A stretch of 64,000 nucleotides of DNA. It comes from Kiloniellales bacterium (GTDB taxonomy: Bacteria; Pseudomonadota; Alphaproteobacteria; Kiloniellales; JAKSBE01). The notes below the pieces were generated by a model. The model did no database searches. It saw nothing but the letters and a program-made list of their open reading frames with translations, and was not told where the DNA came from. Each line of letters opens with the position of its first letter. Positions within the stretch are counted from its first letter, which is position 1. The DNA is taken from assembly GCA_030066685.1 (NCBI GenBank), contig JASJBF010000003.1:110576-174575 (forward strand). Reading direction: 5' to 3'. This document shows, in pieces, positions 40,600-48,074 of this stretch. The position numbers and the translations under genes are program-made.

Positions 40600-40683
40600 C
40601 TAGCTGTCATGCCCGGACTTGATCCGGGCATCCATCGAGCAAAGGGCGCCATGGATAGCCGGGTCAAGCCCGGCTACGACAAG
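40600..40683. repeat. Palindromic MITE/REP-like element (L unit plus R unit)
   Basis: ctagctgtcatgcccggacttgatccgggcatccat, then a spacer, then atggatagccgggtcaagcccggctacgacaag. The L unit is identical over 31 nt to the 38343 copy. Confidence 0.8.
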
Positions 40684-40751
40684 GAAGTGTACCACGTGCC
40701 GGGAATCGAAACGGCGAAAGTGCACGGCATGGAATTGGGCAAAGGGTGACG

Positions 40752-43679
40752 ATGGGTTCGGATCTAAGACACAGTATTCTCGCCGCGGCTGTGCTGGCCG
40801 TGCTGCCCCACACCTCCGGCCCCAGCTTGGCCGCCGATCCCGAAGAGGCACGCTTGCTGAGCGACGTCCGGCAGCTGACTTTCGAGGGCCGCCGGGCCGG
40901 CGAGGGCTACTTCAGCAGCGACGGCACCCAGCTGATCTTCCAGAGCGAGCGCGAGCCGGAGAACCCCTTCTACCAGATCTACCTGATGGACCTGGAGACC
41001 GGCGACACCCGGCGGGTGTCGCCGGGGGTGGGCAAGACCACCTGCGCCTGGATTCATCCTTCGGGAGAGAAGCTGCTCTTCGCCTCCAGCCACCTCGACC
41101 CGGCGGCGCGCGAAAAGCAAAAGGCGGAGCTGGAGAAGCGCGCGGCCGGCAAGACCCGCAGCTACTCCTGGAGCTTCGACGAGTACTACGACATCTTCGA
41201 GGTGTCGACCGAGGGCGGCGAAGCGGTCAATCTGACCGAGGCCCTGGGCTATGACGCCGAAGGCTCCTGGTCGCCCGACGGCGAGCACATCCTCTTCGCC
41301 TCAAACCGCCACGCCTACGAGACCGAGCTGAGCGCCGAGGAGCAGGAGATCCTGAAAAAGGACGCCTCCTACTTCATGGAGCTCTACATCATGAAGGCCG
41401 ACGGCTCGGAGTTGCGGCGGCTGACCGACCAGCCGGGCTACGACGGCGGGCCCTTCTTCAGCCAGGACGGCAAGAAGATCGTCTGGCGCCGCTTCACCAA
41501 GGACGGCGGCAGCGCCGAGGTCCACGTCATGAACGTCGACGGCACGGGCGAAAAGGCCATCACCCGGCTGGGCGCCATGTCCTGGGCGCCCTATTTCCAT
41601 CCCTCCGGCGACTACGTGATCTTCGCGACCAGCGTCCAGGGCTTCCGCAACTTCGAGCTCTACCTGGTCGACGCCGAGGGCAGGGGCGAGCCGGTCCGGG
41701 TCACCCACAGCGAGGGCTTCGACGGCCTGCCGGTCTTCTCGCCGGACGGCACCCGGCTGTCCTGGTCGAGCAGCCGAACCGGCGACAAGAAGCCGCAGAT
41801 CTTCATGGCCTCCTGGAACGACGCCGAGGCGCGCAAGCTGCTCGGCCTGGACGCCGCCGGCCAGCGAAGCGAGGCGCCGGTGGAGGTGCCTTCGGTCCCG
41901 GCGACCAAAGCGGCGGTCGATGCCGAAGACCTGCGCGGCCACGTCGGGATCCTGGCCTCCGAGGATTTCGAGGGCCGTCTGACCGGCACCGCCGGGGAGC
42001 GCAAGGCCACCGCCTACGTCGCCGCGGCCTTCGAGACCCTGGGCCTGGCGCCGGCCGGCGACGGCGGCGGCTACTTCCAGGCCTTCGACTTCACGGCCGC
42101 GGTCAAGCTCGGCGCCGGGAACCGACTGACGCTCGAGGGCGTCGAGAGTGCCGCCGTGCTGGACGAGGACTGGCGCCCGCTGGGCCTCTCGGCGAGCGGC
42201 AAGGCGGCGGCGGCGGCGGAGGTGGTCTTTGCCGGCTACGGCATCGTCGCCCCGGCGGAGGCCGGGCGGAAGGCCTACGATTCCTACGGGGAGCTGGAGG
42301 TGAAGGACAAGTGGGTCCTGGTCCTGCGCTATATGCCGGAGGACATCGACCAGGACCGGCGCCAGCAGCTCTACCGCTACGCCGAGCTGAGCTACAAGGC
42401 CGCGGTCGCGCGGCGCAAGGGCGCGCGCGGCATCATCGTGGCCAGCGGGCCGCGGGCCAAGGTCAAGGCGCAACTGGTGCCGTTGTCCTTCGAGGCGGCG
42501 GCGGCGGGGGCAACTTTGGCAGCGGTTTCCGTCACCGACGATCTGGCCGCGGCGCTGCTCGCTTCCGCCGACAAGACGCTGGGTCAGGTCCAGAAGACAC
42601 TGGACGCAGGCGAGGCCGTCGAGGGCTTTGCCCTGCCCGGCGTCCGGATCGCCGCCGAGATCGACCTGGTGCCGGAGACCCGGCAGGGCCGCAACGTGCT
42701 GGCCCGGCTGGCTGCCGGGGGCGAAGCCTCGAGAGAGTCGGCCGTCGTGATCGGCGCCCACGTCGACCACCTGGGCCGGGGCGTCGAGGGCAAGTCCCTG
42801 GCGCGGCCGGAGGAGGCCGGGCAGGTCCACTACGGTGCCGACGACAACGCCTCGGGCGTGGCCGCCCTACTGGAGATCGCCGAGTACCTGAGCGACCTCA
42901 AGGCCCGCGGCAAGCTGGCCCTGACCCGCGACGTCGTCTTCGCCGCCTGGTCGGGCGAGGAGCTCGGTCTGCTCGGCTCCAGCCACTACGTTCGCAGCCT
43001 GAAGGGAAAGGACAAGGAGGTCAGCGGCAAGGTCGCCGCCTATCTCAACATGGACATGATCGGCCGCCTGGACGGCCCGCTGATCCTGCAGGGCGTCGGC
43101 TCCAGCTCAGTCTGGCCGCGCGAGATCGAGCGCCGCAACGCGCCGGTCGGGCTCAGCATCTCGACCAGCGACAGCGCCTTCCTGGCCACCGACGCCACCG
43201 CCTTCTACCTGGCCGGGGTGCCGGTGCTGAACGCCTTCACCGGGCCGCACGGCGAATACAGCACGCCGCGCGACACCGCGGATACGCTCAACTACGAGGG
43301 CCTTCAGAAGGTCGCGCGCTTCATGGCCCTAGTCGCGCGCGGCCTCGCCGCCGCCGAGGCGGCACCGGACTACGTCCGCCAGGAGGGCGGCTCGCCGCGC
43401 CGCCGGACCTCGCGGGTCTACCTGGGCACGATCCCCGACTATACCGAGGGCGACGGCAAGGGCACGCGGATCTCCGGGGTCGCGAAGGGCGGCCCGGCGG
43501 AGGCCGGCGGGTTGGAGGACGGCGACATCGTGGTCGAGATGGCCGGCCAGGCCATCGCCAACATCTACGACTACGCCTCCGCCCTCGACGCGCTCAAGGT
43601 CGGCGAGCCGGCCGCCTTCGTGGTGCTCCGCGACGGCAAGCGGGTCGAGCTCAGCATCACGCCGGGCGCGCGGGAGTAG
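40752..43679 (+). CDS. Periplasmic multidomain peptidase: TolB-like beta-propeller plus PA/M28 aminopeptidase plus PDZ
   Basis: Start is ATG 40752 (or GTG 40746), with a signal peptide. Six SPDG/SSDG..I.F.S blade motifs are visible. M28 zinc-ligand motifs are HVDHLG, GADDNASGVAALLE, SGEELGLLGS and NMDMIG. The C-terminal PDZ carries GGPAEAGGLEDGDIVVEMAG. Confidence 0.85.
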   Translation: MGSDLRHSILAAAVLAVLPHTSGPSLAADPEEARLLSDVRQLTFEGRRAGEGYFSSDGTQLIFQSEREPENPFYQIYLMDLETGDTRRVSPGVGKTTCAWIHPSGEKLLFASSHLDPAAREKQKAELEKRAAGKTRSYSWSFDEYYDIFEVSTEGGEAVNLTEALGYDAEGSWSPDGEHILFASNRHAYETELSAEEQEILKKDASYFMELYIMKADGSELRRLTDQPGYDGGPFFSQDGKKIVWRRFTKDGGSAEVHVMNVDGTGEKAITRLGAMSWAPYFHPSGDYVIFATSVQGFRNFELYLVDAEGRGEPVRVTHSEGFDGLPVFSPDGTRLSWSSSRTGDKKPQIFMASWNDAEARKLLGLDAAGQRSEAPVEVPSVPATKAAVDAEDLRGHVGILASEDFEGRLTGTAGERKATAYVAAAFETLGLAPAGDGGGYFQAFDFTAAVKLGAGNRLTLEGVESAAVLDEDWRPLGLSASGKAAAAAEVVFAGYGIVAPAEAGRKAYDSYGELEVKDKWVLVLRYMPEDIDQDRRQQLYRYAELSYKAAVARRKGARGIIVASGPRAKVKAQLVPLSFEAAAAGATLAAVSVTDDLAAALLASADKTLGQVQKTLDAGEAVEGFALPGVRIAAEIDLVPETRQGRNVLARLAAGGEASRESAVVIGAHVDHLGRGVEGKSLARPEEAGQVHYGADDNASGVAALLEIAEYLSDLKARGKLALTRDVVFAAWSGEELGLLGSSHYVRSLKGKDKEVSGKVAAYLNMDMIGRLDGPLILQGVGSSSVWPREIERRNAPVGLSISTSDSAFLATDATAFYLAGVPVLNAFTGPHGEYSTPRDTADTLNYEGLQKVARFMALVARGLAAAEAAPDYVRQEGGSPRRRTSRVYLGTIPDYTEGDGKGTRISGVAKGGPAEAGGLEDGDIVVEMAGQAIANIYDYASALDALKVGEPAAFVVLRDGKRVELSITPGARE

Positions 43680-43714
43680 GCCGCGACCGAGGGATCCGAC
43701 GTTTCCCTCTGAGT

Positions 43715-44500
43715 TCAGTCATCATCGTCGTCGTCGTGATCGCTGTCCGATGCTGCGACGGTCAGGTGATAGGTGATGTCCTGCAGACGACCCGGCCTGC
43801 AGCCTTTGACAAACCAACGGATCCTGTGTTCGCCCGGCGAGAGCGGTTCGATGTAAAGGTAGAAGCCGTCTTCCGCCGAAGGGCTCAACACCAACTCGGG
43901 TATATCGTCTTCGCCTGCGCCGGCGACGTTTCCTGGGGGCAACTGAACGTTAAACAGGGGCGATTGACTGCCGGACGGGCCGGTCGTGAACCGGCGGAGC
44001 TGGCGCGCAGTCAGTTTCACATTGTCGATCTCTGCAAAGCCTACGAGTGGCTCCGTGCATTTCGCTTGCGCCCTTAGGAACTCTTCAGTGCGTTCTTCCG
44101 GCGGGTCGTTCAAGAAGGCAAAGAGGGCGTTGTTTATGAGGGGGAAGAAAAGCGCCTTTCCTTTGGGTACGGTGCACTCTCGAACGATTGGGTCGGTTCC
44201 GAAGGATCCGGCGAGGAACCAGGTGTCGTCCACCTGGCGCTGGGCACAGTTCGCCCCTGTCTCGTCCGCGATTGGATTGGCTGCTGCCGGTACGCCCAGC
44301 CCCCATTGCCACCACTCGACGGCCCAACGGCCATAGGTCTGACCGCCGGGTTTGCTGAGGATCGAGGCAATTCTTATGCCGAAGTCGTCGTCATCTTCGT
44401 CATCGTCTGCCGCGGCAGGGCCAGCAGCAGCGAGCAGAATTGCCAGAAAACCATATGTAAAGACGCGCGGTCCGCACGCCTTTGCCTGTCGCGCACACAT
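43715..44500 (-). CDS. Secreted hypothetical protein with poly-acidic tails, in a GC-poor segment
   Basis: 261 aa. The signal peptide FLAILLAAAGPAAA is followed by DDDEDDDD. The C-terminus is DSDHDDDDDD. The core carries WWQWGLGVP...WFLAGSFG...ALFFPLINN. I recognise no family. Confidence 0.7.
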   Translation of the reverse strand: MCARQAKACGPRVFTYGFLAILLAAAGPAAADDDEDDDDFGIRIASILSKPGGQTYGRWAVEWWQWGLGVPAAANPIADETGANCAQRQVDDTWFLAGSFGTDPIVRECTVPKGKALFFPLINNALFAFLNDPPEERTEEFLRAQAKCTEPLVGFAEIDNVKLTARQLRRFTTGPSGSQSPLFNVQLPPGNVAGAGEDDIPELVLSPSAEDGFYLYIEPLSPGEHRIRWFVKGCRPGRLQDITYHLTVAASDSDHDDDDDD

Positions 44501-44823
44501 AGACCTTCTCCTAGTTAAGTACGCCAGGCGATATAAGCTTATTCCTTGCGAGTTACTGGGTCAAATGGCCAGACCACGAGACTTATTGCGACCAGAGAAA
44601 CTGCCTTAGCATCGGGCAGGCGGCGGAGTCTTGATCTGAAAGCCGCGCACTCAATTGCAGTTCTGCGCGCCAGGAGCCTTGTTGGGCAAAGCCTCGTGGT
44701 ACCGCTCCAGATGTCGGAGACCAGCCACCTGGTGGAAATCCGCGTATCCCGGTTCAAGGCGCTGCCGGGTTCCTCTAGACTGCGATCGTTGCGCGACCCG
44801 TCAGCGGTCCCGTCGGGGCCGAT

Positions 44824-45393
44824 TTGTTGAGGTTCGTCATGACCGAACATCTCACGCGTGCCGAGCTGCAGGCCGGGCTCCCCCGGATCCTCGAGTCGCC
44901 AAAGGACGACGGCGTGCTGGAGGCCATCGTGGTCCGCCCGGCGTCGGGCGAGCGCCTGGACCTGGAAAGCTGCGAGATCAGTCTGGAGGGCGGCGTCCAC
45001 GGCGATCACTGGGCCGCGGGCTGCTGGATGTCGACCGAGGCGGGCCGGCCCCATCCCGACGTCCAGGTCTGTATCATGAACGCCCGCTGCATCGCCCTGG
45101 TCGCGGGGGAGCGCGCGCGCTGGCCCTTGGCCGGCGACAACCTCTTCATCGACCTGGATCTGAGCCCCGAGAACCTGCCGCCGGGCCAGCGCCTGCAGAT
45201 CGGCAGCGCGACCATCGAGATCACCGAGGTCCACCACGGCGGCTGCAAGAAGTTCGCCGAGCGCTTCGGCCAGTCCGCCGTGGTCTTCGTCAACGGGCCG
45301 AAGGGACGTGCGCTGCGCCTGCGCGGGGTCTACGCCCGGGTCGTGGAGGACGGCCGGGTGGCGGTCGGGGACCGCGTGGTTAAGGTGGATTGA
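44824..45393 (+). CDS. MOSC domain-containing protein
   Basis: 189 aa (alternative start MTEHL at 44839). VVRPASGERLDLESCEISLEGGVHGDHW...IMNARCIALVAG...GDNLFIDLDLS...IEITEVHHGGC is MOSC-like. Confidence 0.72.
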   Translation: MLRFVMTEHLTRAELQAGLPRILESPKDDGVLEAIVVRPASGERLDLESCEISLEGGVHGDHWAAGCWMSTEAGRPHPDVQVCIMNARCIALVAGERARWPLAGDNLFIDLDLSPENLPPGQRLQIGSATIEITEVHHGGCKKFAERFGQSAVVFVNGPKGRALRLRGVYARVVEDGRVAVGDRVVKVD

Positions 45394-45437
45394 AGTCGGC
45401 CCGACTGGACCCGACCTCTTGGGGGAGGAGGCTCTAC

Positions 45438-46175
45438 GTGGGAATTCTCGAGAACAAGGTTGTGCTGGTCACCAAGGCCACCGAGTTCGTCGGGGCCGCG
45501 GTCTGCGACAGCTGCCGCGCGGAGGGCGCGATCGTGATCGCCCAGGATCCGGGCTTCGCCGATCCGGCGCGGCAGGCAGACTTCGCGGCGGCTCATCCCG
45601 GGGTCGCCACCTTGGCTGAGAACGACGCGAAGGCCTTGGTCGAAGAGGTCGTCGCCGAACGGGGGCGCCTCGACGGGCTGGTCCCGAACGACGGCTTTCC
45701 GGCGATCCGGGCCAAGGTCGAGGAGGCCGATCCGGCGGACATGCGCGCCGGGCTGGAGGCCATGGTGGTCGAGCCCTTCCGCCTGATCGGCGCGGCGGTG
45801 CCGCAGATGAAGCGCCAGGGCGGGGGGCGGATCGTGGTTGCGACCTCTGCCGCGCCCTACCGGGGCCTGCCGAACTACGGGATGTACGTCACCGCCCGAG
45901 GCGCGCAGAACGCCATGGTCCTGACCCTGTCTCGCGAGCTGGCGCGCTGCGGCGTCGCGATCAACGCCGTGGCGCCGAACTTCGTCAAGAGCCCCTCCTA
46001 CTTCTCGGAAGCGCTGCTGAGCGACGAGGCGGCGATGGCGAAGATCGTCGCGCAGATCCCCTTGGGCCGGATCGGCAAGCCGGAGGAGGTTTCCGACGTC
46101 GTCGCCTTCCTGCTCTCCGAAAAAGCCGGCTTCATGACCGGGCACGTTGCGCCGGTAGCCGGCGGCTGGGCATGA
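45438..46175 (+). CDS. SDR-family oxidoreductase
   Basis: The GTG at 45438 lies 7 nt after a GGAGGAGG SD. There is a Rossmann-like N-terminus (VVLVTKATEFVGAAV), a Y...R/K active-site region (YVTARGAQ) and PNFV. Confidence 0.78.
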   Translation: MGILENKVVLVTKATEFVGAAVCDSCRAEGAIVIAQDPGFADPARQADFAAAHPGVATLAENDAKALVEEVVAERGRLDGLVPNDGFPAIRAKVEEADPADMRAGLEAMVVEPFRLIGAAVPQMKRQGGGRIVVATSAAPYRGLPNYGMYVTARGAQNAMVLTLSRELARCGVAINAVAPNFVKSPSYFSEALLSDEAAMAKIVAQIPLGRIGKPEEVSDVVAFLLSEKAGFMTGHVAPVAGGWA

Positions 46176-46188
46176 GGGGCGCCGTCCG

Positions 46189-46674
46189 ATGCGGCCCTTC
46201 GAACGCCTGGCCGCACGCCGGCATCCGGCGTCGGGCCGCGATCCCGGCCCGCGTGAACCCGGAGGCGCCACCTTGCGTCGCAACCTGATCGCCTATGCTG
46301 CGGCCCTGGTCGTGTTCCTGGTGATCGATTTGCCCTGGTTCGGGTGGATCGCCGCGGACTTCTACGCCGAGCGCCTCGCGCCCTTCATGACCGGGCCGGT
46401 CAGGGTCGAGGCCGCGGTCGCCTTCTACCTGCTCTACGTGGTCGGCATCGTGGTCTTCGCGATCGCGCCGGCCCTCGAGACCGGCGCCTGGACGACGGCG
46501 GCCTTCCGAGGCGCGCTCTTCGGCCTGATCGCCTATGCGACCTTCGAGCTGACCAACCTGGCGATCCTGCCCGGCTGGCCGCTTTCGGTCGTCCTGGTCG
46601 ACATGGTCTGGGGCGCCGTCCTGACCGGCTCGACCGCGACGCTCGGCTTCCTGATCACCCGGCGCTTCTCCTGA
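46189..46674 (+). CDS. DUF2177 family membrane protein
   Basis: VFLVIDLPWFGWIAADFY...AFYLLYVVGIVVFAIAPAL...GALFGLIAYATFELTNLAIL..WP matches the DUF2177 pattern. An alternative TTG start at 46273 would give the usual length of about 133 aa. Confidence 0.75.
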   Translation: MRPFERLAARRHPASGRDPGPREPGGATLRRNLIAYAAALVVFLVIDLPWFGWIAADFYAERLAPFMTGPVRVEAAVAFYLLYVVGIVVFAIAPALETGAWTTAAFRGALFGLIAYATFELTNLAILPGWPLSVVLVDMVWGAVLTGSTATLGFLITRRFS

Positions 46675-46725
46675 CCGGCGTTTCCGCGCTGGCTTTGCCG
46701 GGGCAATGATGTAAAAGCTCTTCAC

Positions 46726-47361
46726 ATGGCTTGGTCGAAACGGGGCCGGGAGCGGCGCGGCTATCACCACGGCAACCTGCGCGAGGCGCTGGTCGCGGCG
46801 GCGCTGGAGCTGATCGCCGAGAAGGGGCCCGCCGGCTTCACCTTCGCCGAGGCGGCGCGGGCGGCCGGGGTCAGCCCGGCGGCGCCCTACCGCCACTTCC
46901 GCGATCGCGAGGCCCTGCTCGCCGAGGTCGCGCGGCGCGGCTTCGAGGCCTTCACCGTCGCGCTGGTCCGGGCCTGGGACAACGGCAAGCCCGAACCGCG
47001 CAAGGCCTTCGAGAACCTCGGCCGGGCCTACCTGGACTTCGCCCGGTCCGAGCCGGCCTCCTTCGTGGCCATGTTCGAATCCCAGCTGCCGCCAGACCTG
47101 GATCCGGAGCTGGCCCGGGCCGCCGAGCAGGCCCAGGCGATCCTGCGCCAGGCCGCCGAGGCGCTCTGCGGGACCCTGCCCGAGGCGGGCCGCCCGCCGG
47201 CCGCCATGGTCAGCCTGCACCTCTGGTCCCTGGCCCACGGCATCGCCGCGCTTTTCGCCCGCGGCGACGCCGGCCGGCGCAAGCTGCCCATGGCGCCGGA
47301 GGACCTGCTGGAGGCCGGCCTCCTGATCTACCTGGAGGGGCTCGGCCTCGGCCGGGATTAG
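46726..47361 (+). CDS. TetR/AcrR family transcriptional regulator
   Basis: 211 aa. The HTH is HHGNLREALVAAALELIAEKGPAGFTFAEAARAAGVSPAAPYRHFRDREALL. Confidence 0.9.
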   Translation: MAWSKRGRERRGYHHGNLREALVAAALELIAEKGPAGFTFAEAARAAGVSPAAPYRHFRDREALLAEVARRGFEAFTVALVRAWDNGKPEPRKAFENLGRAYLDFARSEPASFVAMFESQLPPDLDPELARAAEQAQAILRQAAEALCGTLPEAGRPPAAMVSLHLWSLAHGIAALFARGDAGRRKLPMAPEDLLEAGLLIYLEGLGLGRD

Positions 47362-47398
47362 GTCAGTCGACTTATCCCCAAAAATCCGTCAGCGGTCC

Positions 47399-47451
47399 TT
47401 GACATCCTGCGAGTCCGGGCCCAATTATGTGAATGTAAAAAACATTTACAT
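47399..47451 (+). promoter_or_regulatory. Sigma70-like promoter (TTGACA-N18-AATTAT) with overlapping inverted repeat ATGTAAA-N5-TTTACAT
   Basis: Seen directly between the tetR stop and the DUF2852 start. The palindrome (47433..47451) lies between the -10 element and the SD GAGGG. Confidence 0.4.
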
Positions 47452-47460
47452 GAGGGTCCG

Positions 47461-47886
47461 ATGGAACTTGCAGCGAAATTGGACGACTACGGAAAGCCCG
47501 CCTGGATCGCTGTGACGGTCCTGGCCTTCATCATCTTTTGGCCCCTGGGCCTGGCGTTGCTGATCTATCTGTTCTGGAGTGGACGCATGGCATGTTGGAC
47601 GAACCGCGGCCCGGGCCGCTGGCACAATCGTAACGGGCGCAGGCCGAACCAGGACTGGTTCGCCGGCCGTCAGGCCGAATCCAGCGGCAACAGCGCCTTC
47701 GACGAGTACCGCGAGGAGACGCTCCGCCGACTCGAGGAGGAGCAGAAGGAGTTCTTCGAGTTCCTCGAGCGTCTGCGCCACGCCAAGGACAAGGCCGAGT
47801 TCGACCAGTTCATGGCCGAACGCAAGCGCCGCCCCGACACCCCACCCGAGGCCCCTGAAGGCCCGGCCCCCCAGCCTCAGGGCTGA
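47461..47886 (+). CDS. DUF2852 domain-containing membrane protein
   Basis: 141 aa. KPAWIAVTVLAFIIFWPLGLALLIYLFWSGRMACW, followed by a charged helical tail, matches the DUF2852 pattern. Confidence 0.8.
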   Translation: MELAAKLDDYGKPAWIAVTVLAFIIFWPLGLALLIYLFWSGRMACWTNRGPGRWHNRNGRRPNQDWFAGRQAESSGNSAFDEYREETLRRLEEEQKEFFEFLERLRHAKDKAEFDQFMAERKRRPDTPPEAPEGPAPQPQG

Positions 47887-47910
47887 GTTCTGCCAAGACC
47901 GAAAGACTTG

Positions 47911-47948
47911 CCGGCGCCGGGCGGCTATGCCCGGCGCTGGTCGTTTCT
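47911..47948 (+). terminator. Rho-independent terminator candidate after the DUF2852 gene
   Basis: CCGGCGCCGGGC-ggctat-GCCCGGCGCTGG (one mismatch), followed by TCGTTTCT. Confidence 0.6.
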
Positions 47949-48074
47949 GGAGCTGTTCCGAAACTCAGGAAGCCTGCATCGGCCTTGACGCGGCGCCACA
48001 AGCAATAGAGCCCGGCCGCGCGGCTAAGGAAATCCTCACCAATCCGGCACAACCTGCGGGTGAGGAGGCGCTAC

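Noticed and set aside
35840-40683. Whether the repeated palindromic units could be a CRISPR array.
   Set aside because: The copies are kilobases apart and separated by genes. They occur in both orientations and have no regular repeat-spacer periodicity. No cas genes are present.
44501-44823. Search for a tRNA or integrase remnant or att-like repeat flanking the GC-poor segments (43.7-44.8 kb and 47.9-51.1 kb).
   Set aside because: By eye I found no tRNA cloverleaf, recombinase fragment or direct repeats at the island borders. Horizontal origin rests on composition only.
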